Below are positions 41,301 through 55,751 of a DNA stretch of 64,000 nt, in pieces (positions within the stretch are counted from its first letter, which is position 1; every line of letters starts with the position of its first letter). The notes beneath the pieces are model-generated. The model had not been told where the DNA came from. It did not search any database and was given only the letters and a program-made list of their open reading frames with translations. The translations under genes and the position numbers were made by a program. Source of the stretch: Eledone cirrhosa (lineage: Eukaryota); the NCBI GenBank assembly GCA_964016885.1, contig OZ024742.1, forward strand, positions 276,148,001 to 276,212,000. The letters are read 5' to 3'.

Positions 41301-44300
41301 CACTACAACTATAGTCTCTGCTACTACCTGACATACTCTAACCCACAGATATGTTGTCTCCCGTCTCTGTCAGTTCTACCACTACAACTGTAGTCTCTGC
41401 TTCTACCTCACATACTCTAACCCACAGATATGTTGTCTCCCTTCTCTGTCAGTTCTACGACTACAACTATAGTCTCTGCTCCTACCTGACATACTCTAGC
41501 TCACAGATATGTTGTCTCCCCTCTCTGTCAGTTCTACCACTACAACTATAGTCACTGCTCCTACCTGACATACTCTAGCCCACAGATATGTTGTCTCCCG
41601 TCTCTGTCAGTTCTACCACTACAACTATAGTCTCTGCTCCTACCTGACATACTCTAGCCCACAGATATGTTGTCTCCCCTCTCTGTCAGTTCTAACACTA
41701 CAACTGTCGTCTCTGCTCTTCACTGACATACTCTAACACACAGATATGTTGTCTCCTCTCTCTGTCAGTTCTACCACTACAACTATAGTCTCTGCTCCTA
41801 CCTGACATACTCTAGCCCACAGATATGTTGTCTCCCCTCTCTGTCAGTTCTACCACTACAACTATAGTCTCTGCTCCTCACTGACATACTCTAGCCCACA
41901 GATATGTTGTCTCTCCTCTCTGTCAGTTCAACCAGTACAACTGTATTCTCTGCTCCTACCTGACATACTCTAGCCCACAGATATGTTGTCTCCCCTCTCT
42001 GTCAGTTCTACCACTACAACTATAGTCTCTGCTCCTACCTGACATACTCTAGCCCACAGAGATGTTTTCTTCCCTCTCTGTCAGTTCGACCACTACAACT
42101 GTAGTCTCTGCTCCTACCTGACATACTCTAACCCACAGATATGTTGTCTCCCCTGTCTGTCAGTTCTACCACTACAACTGTAGTCTCTGCTCCTCACTGA
42201 CATGCTCTAGCCCACAGATATGTTGTCTCCCCTCTCTCTCAGTTCTGCCACTACAACTGTAGTCTCTGCTCCTCACTGACATACTCTAGCCCACAGATAT
42301 GTTGTCTCACCTCTCTGTCAGTTCTACTACTACAACTGTAGTCTCTTCTCCTACCTGACATACTCTAACACACAGATATGTTGTCTCCCCTCTCTGTCAG
42401 TTCTACCACTGCAACTATAGTCTCTGCTCCTCACTGACATACTCTAACCCATAGATATGTTGTCTCCCCTCTCTGTCAGTTCTACCACTACAACTATAGT
42501 CTCTGCTCCTATCTGACCTACTCTAGCCCACATATATGTTGTCTCCCCTCTCTGTCAGTTCTACCACTACAACTATAGTCTCTGCTCCTACCTGACATAC
42601 TTTAGCCCACAGATATGTTGTCTCCCCTCTCTGTCAGTTCTGCCACTACAACTGTAGTCTCTGCTCCTCACTGACATACTTAAGCCCACAGATATGTTGT
42701 CTCCCCTCTCTGTCAGTTCTACCACTACAACTATATTCTCTGCTGCTACCTGACATACTCTAGCCCACAGATATGTTGTCTCCCGTCTCTGTCAGTTCTA
42801 CCACTTCAACTGTAGTCTCTGCTTCTACCTCACATACTCTAACCCACAGATATGTTGTCTCCCTTCTCTGTCAGTTCTACCACTACAACTATAGTCTCTG
42901 CTCCTACCTGACATACTCTAGCCCACAGATATGTTGTCTCCCCTCTCTGTCAGTTCTACCACAACTATAGTCTCTGCTCCTACCTGACATAGTCTAGCCC
43001 ACATATATGTTGTCTCCCATCTCTGTCAGTTCTACCACTACAACTATAGTCTCTGCTCCTACCTGACATACTCTAGCCCACAGATATGTTGTCTCCCCTC
43101 TCTGTCAGTTCTACCACTACAACTATAGTCTCTTCTCCTATCTGACATACTCTAACCCACAGATATGTTGACTCCCTTCTCTCTCAGTTCTACCATTACA
43201 ACTAAAGTCTCTGCTCCAACATGACATACTCTAGCCCACAGATATGTTGTGTCCCCTCTCTGTCAGTTCTACGACTACAACTATAGTCTCTGCTCCTACC
43301 TGACATACTCTAGCCCACAGATATGTTGTCTGCCCTCTCTGTCAGTTCTAACACTACAACTGTCGTCTCTGCTCTTCACTGACATACTCTAGCTCACAGA
43401 TATGTTGTCTCCCCTCTCTGTCAGTTCTACCACTACAACTATAGTCTCTGCTCCTACCTGACATACTCTAGCCCACAGAAATGTTGTCTCCCCTCTCTGT
43501 CAGTTCTACCACTACAACTGTAGTATCTTCTCCTCACTGACATACTCTAGCCCACAGATATGTTGTCTCCCCTCTCTGTCAGTTCTACCACTACAACTAT
43601 AGTCTCTGCTCCTCACTGACATACTCTAGCCCACAGATATGTTGTCTCTCCTCTCTGTCAGTTCTACCACTACAACTATAGTCTCTGCTTCTACCTGACA
43701 TACTCTAACCCATAGCTATGTTGTCTTCCCTCTCTGTCAGTTCTACCACTCCAACTATAGTCTCTGCTCCTATCTGACATACTCTAGTCCATAGATATTT
43801 TGTCTCCTCTCTCTGTCAGTTCTACCACTACAACTATAATCTCTGCTCCTACCTGACATACTCTAGCTCACAGATATGTTGTCTCCCCTCTCTGTCAGTT
43901 CTACCACTACAACTGTAGTATCTGCTCCTCACTGATATACTCTAGCCCTCATATATGTTGTCTCCCCTCTCTGTCAGTTCTACCTCTACAACTATAGTCT
44001 CTCCTACTCACTGACATACTCTAACCCACAGATATGTTGTCTCCCCTCTCTGACAGTTCTACCATTACAACTATAGTCTCTGCTCCTATCTGACATACTC
44101 TAGCCGACAAATGTGTTCTCTCCCCTCTTTGTCAGTTCTACCACTACAACTGTAGTCTCTGCTCTTCACTGACATACTCTAGCTCACAGATATGTTGTCT
44201 CCCCTCTCTGTCAGTTCTACCACTACAACTATAGTCTCTACTCCTACCTGACATACTCTAGCCCACAGAAATGTTGTCTCCCCTCTCTGTCAGATCTACC

Positions 44301-44320
44301 ACTACAACTGTAGTCTCTGC
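32325..44320. repeat. Near-perfect tandem duplication, period 5916 bp (75 monomers minus 9 bp)
   Basis: Identical ORFs at 33782/39698, 35435/41351 and 36857/42773 (all +5916). A 6-bp deletion (~34440/~40356) and a 3-bp deletion (~37045/~42961) account for 75x79-9. Confidence 0.93.
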
Positions 44321-47300
44321 TCCTCACTGACATACTCTAGATCACAGATATGTTGTCTCCCCTCTCTGTCAGTTCTACCACTACAACTGTAGTATCTTCT
44401 CCTCACTGACATACTCTAGCCCACAGATATGTTGTCTCCCCTCTCTGTCAGTTCTATCACTACAACTATAGTCTCTGCTCCTACCTGACATACCCTAACC
44501 CACAGATATGTTGTCTCCCCTCTCTGTCAGTTCTACCACTACAACTGTAGTCTCTGCTTCTACCTGACATACTCTAACCCATAGATATGTTGTCTTCCCT
44601 CTCTGTCAGTTCTACCACTACAACTATAGTCTCTGCTCCTATCTGACATACTCTAGCCCACAGATATGTTGTCTCCTCTCTGTCAGTTTTACCACTACAA
44701 CTAAAATCTCTGCTCCTACCTGACATACTCTAGCTCACAGATATGTTGTCTCCTCTCTCTGTCAGTTCTACCACTACAACTGTAGTATCTGCTCCTACCT
44801 GACATACTCTAGCCCACAGATATGTTGTCTCCCCTCTCTGTCAGTTCTAACACTACAACTGTCGTCTCTGCTCTTCACTGACATACTCTAGCTCACAGAT
44901 ATGTTGTCTCCCCTCTCTGTCAGTTCTACCACTACAACTATAGTCTCTGCTCCTACCTGACATACTCTAGCCCACATATATGTTGTCTCCCCTCTCTGTC
45001 AGTTCTACCACTACAGCTATAGTCTCTGCTCCAACCTGACATACTCTAGCCCACAGATATGTTGTCTCCCCTCTCTGTCAGTTCTACCACTAAAACTATA
45101 GTCTCTGCTCCTACATAACATACTCTAACACATAAATATGTTGTCTCCCCTCTCTCTCAGTTCTACCACTACAACTGTCGTCTCTGCTCTTCACTGACAT
45201 ACTCTAGCACACAGATATGTTGTCTCCCCTCTCTGTCAGTTCTACCACTACAACTATAGTCTCTACTCCTACCTGACATACTCTAGCCCACAGAAATGTT
45301 GTCTCCCCTCTCTGTCAGATCTACCACTACAACTGTAGTCTCTGCTCCTCACTGACATAGTCTAGATCACAGATATGTTGTCTCTCCTCTCTGTCAGTTC
45401 TACCACTACAACTGTAGTATCTTCTCCTCACTGACATACTCTAGCCCACAGATATGTTGTCTCCCCTCTCTGTCAGTTCTATCACTACAACTATAGTCTC
45501 TGCTCCTACCTGACATACCCTAACCCACAGATATGTTGTCTCCCCTCTCTGTCAGTTCTACCACTACAACTGTAGTCTCTGCTTCTACCTGACATACTCT
45601 AACCCATAGATATGTTGTCTTCCCTCTCTGTCAGTTCTACCACTACAACTATAGTCTCTGCTCCTATCTGACATACTCTAGCCCACAGATATGTTGTCTC
45701 CTCTCTGTCAGTTTTACCACTACAACTAAAATCTCTGCTCCTACCTGACATACTCTAGCTCACAGATATGTTGTCTCCTCTCTCTGTCAGTTCTACCACT
45801 ACAAATATAATCTCTGCTCCTACCTGACATACTCTAGCTCACAGATATGTTGTCTCCCCTCTCTGTCAGTTCTACCACTACAACTCTAGTCACTGCTCCT
45901 CACTGACATACTCTAGCCCACAGATATGTTGTCTCCCCTCTCTGTCAATTCTACCACTACAACTGTAGTCTCTGTTCCTACCTGACATACCCTAGCTCAT
46001 AGATCTGTTGTCTCCTCTCTCTGTCAGTTCTACTACTACAACTATAGTCTCTGCTCTTCACTGACATACTCTAGCTCACAGATATGTTGTCCCCCCTCTC
46101 TGTCAGTTCTACCACTACAACTATAGTCTCTGCTCCTATTTGACATACCCTAGCCCACACATATGTTGTCTCTTCTATCTGTCAGTTCTACCACTACAAC
46201 TGCAGTCTCTGCTCCTACCTGACATACTCTAGCCCACAGATATGTTTTCTCCTCTCTCTGTCAGTTCAACCACTACAACTATAGTCTCTGCTCCTATCTG
46301 ACATACTCTAGCCCACAGATATTTTGTCTCCTCTCTCTGTCAGTTCTACCACTACAACTATAATCTCTGCTCCTACCTGACATACTCTAGCTCACAGATA
46401 TGTTGTCTCCCCTCTCTGTCAGTTCTACCACTACAACTGTAGTATCTGCTCCTCACTGATATACTCTAGCCCTCATATATGTTGTCTCCCCTCTCTGTCA
46501 GTTCTACCTCTACAACTATAGTCTCTCCTACTCACTGACATACTCTAACCTACAGATATGTTGTCTCCCGTCTCTGACAGTTCTACCATTACAACTATAG
46601 TCTCTGCTCCTATCTGACATACTCTAGCCCACAGATATGTTGTCTCCCCTCTCTGTCATTTCTACCATTACAACTGTAGTCTCTGCTCCTCACTGACATA
46701 CTCTAACCCACAGACATGTTGTCTCCCCTCTCTGTCAGTTCTACCACTACAACTGTAGTCTCTGCTCCTACCTGACATACTCCAGCCGACAAATGTGTTC
46801 TCTCCCCTCTTTGTCAGTTCTTCCACTACAACTGTCGTCTCTGCTCTTCACTGACATACTCTAGCTCACAGATATGTTGTCTCCCCTCTCTGTCAGTTCT
46901 ACCACTACAACTATAGTCTCTACTCCTACCTGACATACTCTAGCCCACAGAAATGTTGTCTCCCCTCTCTGTCAGATCTACCACTACAACTGTAGTCTCT
47001 GCTCCTCACTGACATACTCTAGATCACAGATATGTTGTCTCCCCTCTCTGTCAGTTCTACCACTACAACTGTAGTATCTTCTCCTCACTGACATACTCTA
47101 GCCCACAGATATGTTGTCTCCCCTCTCTGTCAGTTCTATCACTACAACTATAGTCTCTGCTCCTTCCTGACATACCCTAACCCACAGATATGTTGTCTCC
47201 CCTCTCTGTCAGTTCTACCACTACAACTGTAGTCTCTGCTTCTACCTAACATACTCTAGCCCACAGATATGTTGTCTCCCCTCTCTGTCAGTTCTACCAC

Positions 47301-48293
47301 TACAACTATAGTCTCTGCTCCTCACTGACATACTCTAGCCCACAGATATGTTGTCTCCCCTCTCTGTCAGTTCTACCACTACAACTACAGTCTCTGCTCC
47401 TCACTGACATACTCTAGCTCACAGATATGTTGTCTTCCCTCTCTGTCAGTTCTACCACTACAACTATAGTCTCTGCTCCTACCTGACATACTCTAGCTCA
47501 CAGATATGTTGTCTCCCCTCTCTGTCAGTTCTACCACTACAACTCTAGTCTCTGCTCCTACCTGACATACTTAAGCCCACAGATATGTTGTCTCCCTTCT
47601 GTGTCAGTTCTACCACTACAACTATAGTCTCTGCTCCTACCTGACATACTTAAGCCCACAGATATGTTTTCTCCCCTCTCTGTCAGTTCTGCCACTACAA
47701 CTGTAGTCTCTGCTCCTCACTGACATACTCTAGCCCACAGATATGTTGTCTCCCCTATCTGTCAGTTCTACCACTACAACTCTAGTCTCTGCTCCTACCT
47801 GACATACTCTAGCCCACAGATATGTTGTCTCCCCTCTCTGTCAGTTCTATCACTACAACTATAGTCTCTGCTCCTTCCTGACATACCCTAACCCACAGAT
47901 ATGTTGTCTCCCCTCTCTGTCAGTTCTACCACTACAACTGTAGTCTCTGCTTCTACCTGACATACTCTAACCCATAGATATGTTGTCTTCCCTCTCTGTC
48001 AGTTCTACCACTACAACTATAGTCTCTGCTCCTATCTGACATACTCTAGCTCACAGATATGTTGTCTCCTCTCTCTGTCAGTTCTACCACTACAACTGTA
48101 GTATCTGCTCCTACCTGACATACTCTAGCCCACAGATATGTTGTCTCCCCTCTCTGTCAGTTCTAACACTACAACTGTCGTCTCTGCTCTTCACTGACAT
48201 ACTCTAGCTCACAGATATGTTGTCTCCCCTCTTTGTCAGTTCTACCACTACAACTATAGTCTCTGCTCCTACCTGACATACTCTAGCCCACAT

Positions 48294-51200
48294 ATATGTT
48301 GTCTCCCCTCTCTGTCAGTTCTACCACTACAGCTATAGTCTCTGCTCCTACCAGACATACTCTAGCCCACAGATATGTTGTCTCCCCTCTCTGTCAGTTC
48401 TACCACTAAAACTATAGTCTCTGCTCCTACATAACATACTCTAACCCATAAATATGTTGTCTCCCCTCTCTCTCAGTTCTACCACTACAACTGTAGTCTC
48501 TGCTCCTACCTAACATACTCTAGCCCACAGATATGTTGTCTCCCCTCTCTGTCAGTTCTACCACTACAACTATAGTCTCTGCTCCTCACTGACATACTCT
48601 AGCCCACAGATATGTTGTCTCCCCTCTCTGTCAGTTCTACCACTACAACTACAGTCTCTGCTCCTCACTGACATACTCTAGCTCACAGATATGTTGTCTT
48701 CCCTCTCTGTCAGTTCTACCACTACAACTATAGTCTCTGCTCCTACCTGACATACTCTAGCTCACAGATATGTTGTCTTCCCTCTCTGTCAGTTCTACCA
48801 CTTCAACTATAGTGTCTGCTCCTACCTGACACACTCTAACCCACAGATATGTTGTCTCCCCTCTCTGTCAGATCTACCACTACAACTACAGTCTCTGCTC
48901 CTCACTGACATACTCTAACCCACAGATATGTTGTCTCCCCTCTCTGTCAGTTCTACGACTACAACTATAGTCTCTGCTCCTACCTGACATACTCTAGCCC
49001 ACAGATATGTTGTCTCCCCTCTCTGTCAGTTCTACCACTACAACTATAGTCACTGCTCCTACCTGACATACTCTAGCCCACAGATATGTTGTCTCCCGTC
49101 TCTGTCAGTTCTACCACTACAACTATAGTCTCTGCTCCTACCTGACATACTCTAGCCCACAGATATGTTGTCTCCCCTCTCTGTCAGTTCTAACACTACA
49201 ACTGTCGTCTCTGCTCTTCACTGACATACTCTAACCCACAGATATGTTGTCTCCCCTCTCTGTCAGTTCTACCACTACAACTGTAGTCTCTGCTCCTACC
49301 TGACATACTCTAGCTCACAGATATGTTGTCTCCCCTCTCTCTCAGTTCTACCACTACAACTGTAGTCTCTGCTCCTACCTAACATACTCTAGCCCACAGA
49401 TATGTTGTCTCCCCTCTCTCTCAGTTCTACCACTACAACTATAGTCTCTGCTCCTCACTGACATACTCTAGCCCACAGATATGTTGTCTCTCCTCTCTGT
49501 CAGTTCTACCACTACAACTGTATTCTCTGCTCCTACCTGACATACTCTAGCTCACAGATATGTTGTCTTCCCTCTCTGTCAGTTCTACCACTACAACTAT
49601 AGTCTCTGCTCCTACCTGACATACTCTAGCTCACAGATATGTTGTCTTCCCTCTCTGTCAGTTCTACCACTACAGCTATAGTCTCTGCTCCTACCTGACA
49701 TACTCTAGCCCACAGAGATGTTTTCTTCCCTCTCTGTCATTTCTACCACTACAACTGTAGTCTCTGCTCCTACCTGACATACTCTAACCCACAGATATGT
49801 TGTCTCCCCTGTCTGTCAGTTCTACCACTACAACTGTAGTCTCTGCTCCTCACTGACATACTCTAGCCCACAGATATGTTGTCTCCCCTCTCTCTCAGTT
49901 CTGCCACTACAACTGTAGTCTCTGCTCCTCACTGACATACTCTAGCCCACAGATACGTTGTCTCCCCTCTCTGTCAGTTCTACTACTACAACTGTAGTCT
50001 CTTCTCCTACCTGACATACTCTAACACACAGATATGTTGTCTCCCCTCTCTGTCAGTTCTACCACTACAACTATAGTCTCTGCTCCTCACTGACATACTC
50101 TAACCCACAGATATGTTGTCTCCCCTCTCTGTCAGTTCTACCACTACAACTATAGTCTCTGCTCCTATCTGACCTACTCTAGCCCACAGATATGTTGTCT
50201 CCCCTCTCTGTCAGTTCTACCACTACAACTATAGTCTCTGCTCCTTCCTGACATACTTTAGCCCACAGATATGTTGTCTCCCCTATCTGTCAGTTCTGCC
50301 ACTACAACTGTAGTCTCTGCTCCTCACTGACATACTTAAGCCCACAGATATGTTGTCTCCCCTCTCTGTCAGTTCTACCACTACAACTATATTCTCTGCT
50401 GCTACCTGACATACTCTAGCCCACAGATATGTTGTCTCCCGTCTCTGTCAGTTCTACCACTACAACTGTAGTCTCTGCTTCTACCTCACATACTCTAACC
50501 CACAGATATGTTGTCTCCCTTCTCTGTCAGTTCTACCACTACAATTATAGTCTCTGCTCCTACCTGACATACTCTAGCCCACAGATATGTTGTCTCCCCT
50601 CTCTGTCAGTTCTACCACAACTATAGTCTCTGCTCCTACCTGACATAGTCTAGCCCACATATATGTTGTCTCCCATCTCTGTCAGTTCTTCCACTACAAC
50701 TATAGTCTCTTCTCCTACCTGACATACTCTAACCCACAGATATGTTGACTCCCTTCTCTCTCAGTTCTACCATTACAACTAAAGTCTCTGCTCCAACATG
50801 ACATACTCTAGCCCACAGATATGTTGTGTCCCCTCTCTGTCAGTTCTACGACTACAACTATAGTCTCTGCTCCTACCTGACATACTCTAGCCCACAGATA
50901 TGTTGTCTCCCCTCTCTGTCAGTTCTAACACTACAACTGTCGTCTCCGCTCTTCAATGACATACTATAGCTCACAGATATGTTGTCTCCCCTCTCTGTCA
51001 GTTCTACCACTACAACTATAGTCTCTGCTCCTACCTGACATACTCTAGCCCACAGAAATGTTGTCTCCCCTCTCTGTCAGATCTACCACTACAACTGTAG
51101 TCTCTGCTCCTCACTGACATACGCTAGCTCACAGATATGTTGTCTCCCCTCTCTGTCAGTTCTACCACTACAACTGTAGTATCTTCTCCTCACTGACATA

Positions 51201-54200
51201 CTCTAGCCCACAGATATGTTGTCTCCCCTCTCTGTCAGTTCTACCACTACAACTATAGTCTCTGCTCCTCACTGACATACTCTAGCCCACAGATATGTTG
51301 TCTCCCCTCTCTGTCAGTTCTACCACTACAACTGTAGTCTCTGCTCCTACCTGACATACTCTAACCCACAGATATGTTGTCTCCCCTCTCTGTCAGTTCT
51401 ACCACTACAACTATAGTATCTGCTCCTATCTGACATGCTCTAGTCCACAGATATTTTGTCTCCTCTCTCTGTCAGTTCTACCACTACAACTCTAGTCTCT
51501 GCTCCTACCTGACATACTCTAGCTCACAGATATGTTGTCTCCCTTCTCTGTCAGTTCTACCACTAAAACTCTAGTCTCTGCTCCTCACTGACATACTCTA
51601 GCCCACAGATATGTTGTCTCCTCTCTCTGTCAGTTCTACCACTACAACTGTAGTCTCTGCTCCTCACCTACATCTTCTAGCTCACAGAAATGTTGTCTCC
51701 CCTCTCTGTCAGTTCTACCACTACAACTATAGTCTCTTCTCCTACCTGACATACTCTAAGCCACAGATATGTTGTCTCCCCTCTCTGTCAGTTCTACCAC
51801 TAAAACTCTAGTCTCTGCTCCTCACTGACATACTCTAGCCCACAGATATGTTGTCTCCTCTCTCTGTCAGTTCTACCACTACAACTGTAGTCTCTGCTCC
51901 TCACCTACATCTTCTAGCTCACAGAAATGTTGTCTCCCCTCTCTGTCAGTTCTACCACTACAACTATAGTCTCTGCTCCTACCTGACATACTCTAGCCCA
52001 CAGATATGTTGTCTCCCCTCTCTGTCAGTTCTACCACTACAGCTATAGTCTCTGCTCCTACCAGACATACTCTAGCCCACAGATATGTTGTCTCCCCTCT
52101 CTGTCAGTTCTACCACTAAAACTATAGTCTCTGCTCCTACATAACATACTCTAACCCATAAATATGTTGTCTCCCCTCTCTCTCAGTTCTACCACTACAA
52201 CTGTAGTCTCTGCTCCTACCTAACATACTCTAGCCCACAGATATGTTGTCTCCCCTCTCTGTCAGTTCTACCACTACAACTATAGTCTCTGCTCCTCACT
52301 GACATACTCTAGCCCACAGATATGTTGTCTCCCCTCTCTGTCAGTTCTACCACTACAACTACAGTCTCTGCTCCTCACTGACATACTCTAGCTCACAGAT
52401 ATGTTGTCTTCCCTCTCTGTCAGTTCTACCACTACAACTATAGTCTCTGCTCCTACCTGACATACTCTAGCTCACAGATATGTTGTCTTCCCTCTCTGTC
52501 AGTTCTACCACTTCAACTATAGTGTCTGCTCCTACCTGACACACTCTAACCCACAGATATGTTGTCTCCCCTCTCTGTCAGATCTACCACTACAACTACA
52601 GTCTCTGCTCCTCACTGACATACTCTAACCCACAGATATGTTGTCTCCCCTCTCTGTCAGTTCTACGACTACAACTATAGTCTCTGCTCCTACCTGACAT
52701 ACTCTAGCCCACAGATATGTTGTCTCCCCTCTCTGTCAGTTCTACCACTACAACTATAGTCACTGCTCCTACCTGACATACTCTAGCCCACAGATATGTT
52801 GTCTCCCGTCTCTGTCAGTTCTACCACTACAACTATAGTCTCTGCTCCTACCTGACATACTCTAGCCCACAGATATGTTGTCTCCCCTCTCTGTCAGTTC
52901 TAACACTACAACTGTCGTCTCTGCTCTTCACTGACATACTCTAACCCACAGATATGTTGTCTCCCCTCTCTGTCAGTTCTACCACTACAACTGTAGTCTC
53001 TGCTCCTACCTGACATACTCTAGCTCACAGATATGTTGTCTCCCCTCTCTCTCAGTTCTACCACTACAACTGTAGTCTCTGCTCCTACCTAACATACTCT
53101 AGCCCACAGATATGTTGTCTCCCCTCTCTCTCAGTTCTACCACTACAACTATAGTCTCTGCTCCTCACTGACATACTCTAGCCCACAGATATGTTGTCTC
53201 TCCTCTCTGTCAGTTCTACCACTACAACTGTATTCTCTGCTCCTACCTGACATACTCTAGCTCACAGATATGTTGTCTTCCCTCTCTGTCAGTTCTACCA
53301 CTACAACTATAGTCTCTGCTCCTACCTGACATACTCTAGCTCACAGATATGTTGTCTTCCCTCTCTGTCAGTTCTACCACTACAGCTATAGTCTCTGCTC
53401 CTACCTGACATACTCTAGCCCACAGAGATGTTTTCTTCCCTCTCTGTCATTTCTACCACTACAACTGTAGTCTCTGCTCCTACCTGACATACTCTAACCC
53501 ACAGATATGTTGTCTCCCCTGTCTGTCAGTTCTACCACTACAACTGTAGTCTCTGCTCCTCACTGACATACTCTAGCCCACAGATATGTTGTCTCCCCTC
53601 TCTCTCAGTTCTGCCACTACAACTGTAGTCTCTGCTCCTCACTGACATACTCTAGCCCACAGATACGTTGTCTCCCCTCTCTGTCAGTTCTACTACTACA
53701 ACTGTAGTCTCTTCTCCTACCTGACATACTCTAACACACAGATATGTTGTCTCCCCTCTCTGTCAGTTCTACCACTACAACTATAGTCTCTGCTCCTCAC
53801 TGACATACTCTAACCCACAGATATGTTGTCTCCCCTCTCTGTCAGTTCTACCACTACAACTATAGTCTCTGCTCCTATCTGACCTACTCTAGCCCACAGA
53901 TATGTTGTCTCCCCTCTCTGTCAGTTCTACCACTACAACTATAGTCTCTGCTCCTTCCTGACATACTTTAGCCCACAGATATGTTGTCTCCCCTATCTGT
54001 CAGTTCTGCCACTACAACTGTAGTCTCTGCTCCTCACTGACATACTTAAGCCCACAGATATGTTGTCTCCCCTCTCTGTCAGTTCTACCACTACAACTAT
54101 ATTCTCTGCTGCTACCTGACATACTCTAGCCCACAGATATGTTGTCTCCCGTCTCTGTCAGTTCTACCACTACAACTGTAGTCTCTGCTTCTACCTCACA

Positions 54201-55751
54201 TACTCTAACCCACAGATATGTTGTCTCCCTTCTCTGTCAGTTCTACCACTACAATTATAGTCTCTGCTCCTACCTGACATACTCTAGCCCACAGATATGT
54301 TGTCTCCCCTCTCTGTCAGTTCTACCACAACTATAGTCTCTGCTCCTACCTGACATAGTCTAGCCCACATATATGTTGTCTCCCATCTCTGTCAGTTCTT
54401 CCACTACAACTATAGTCTCTTCTCCTACCTGACATACTCTAACCCACAGATATGTTGACTCCCTTCTCTCTCAGTTCTACCATTACAACTAAAGTCTCTG
54501 CTCCAACATGACATACTCTAGCCCACAGATATGTTGTGTCCCCTCTCTGTCAGTTCTACGACTACAACTATAGTCTCTGCTCCTACCTGACATACTCTAG
54601 CCCACAGATATGTTGTCTCCCCTCTCTGTCAGTTCTAACACTACAACTGTCGTCTCCGCTCTTCAATGACATACTATAGCTCACAGATATGTTGTCTCCC
54701 CTCTCTGTCAGTTCTACCACTACAACTATAGTCTCTGCTCCTACCTGACATACTCTAGCCCACAGAAATGTTGTCTCCCCTCTCTGTCAGATCTACCACT
54801 ACAACTGTAGTCTCTGCTCCTCACTGACATACGCTAGCTCACAGATATGTTGTCTCCCCTCTCTGTCAGTTCTACCACTACAACTGTAGTATCTTCTCCT
54901 CACTGACATACTCTAGCCCACAGATATGTTGTCTCCCCTCTCTGTCAGTTCTACCACTACAACTATAGTCTCTGCTCCTCACTGACATACTCTAGCCCAC
55001 AGATATGTTGTCTCCCCTCTCTGTCAGTTCTACCACTACAACTGTAGTCTCTGCTCCTACCTGACATACTCTAACCCACAGATATGTTGTCTCCCCTCTC
55101 TGTCAGTTCTACCACTACAACTATAGTATCTGCTCCTATCTGACATGCTCTAGTCCACAGATATTTTGTCTCCTCTCTCTGTCAGTTCTACCACTACAAC
55201 TCTAGTCTCTGCTCCTACCTGACATACTCTAGCTCACAGATATGTTGTCTCCCTTCTCTGTCAGTTCTACCACTAAAACTCTAGTCTCTGCTCCTCACTG
55301 ACATACTCTAGCCCACAGATATGTTGTCTCCTCTCTCTGTCAGTTCTACCACTACAACTGTAGTCTCTGCTCCTCACCTACATCTTCTAGCTCACAGAAA
55401 TGTTGTCTCCCCTCTCTGTCAGTTCTACCACTACAACTATAGTCTCTTCTCCTACCTGACATACTCTAAGCCACAGATATGTTGTCTCCCCTCTCTGTCA
55501 GTTCTACCACTAAAACTCTAGTCTCTGCTCCTCACTGACATACTCTAGCCCACAGATATGTTGTCTCCTCTCTCTGTCAGTTCTACCACTACAACTGTAG
55601 TCTCTGCTCCTCACCTACATCTTCTAGCTCACAGAAATGTTGTCTCCCCTCTCTGTCAGTTCTACCACTACAACTATAGTCTCTGCTCCTACCTGACATA
55701 CTCTAGCCCACAGATATGTTGTCTCCCCTCTCTGTCAGTTCTACCACTACA
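48294..55751. repeat. Near-perfect tandem duplication, period 3710 bp (47 monomers minus 3 bp)
   Basis: Identical ORFs at 50429/54139, 51611/55321 and 51848/55558 (all +3710). A 3-bp deletion at ~50617/~54327. Identity breaks at 48293/52003 and 52042/55752. Confidence 0.93.
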
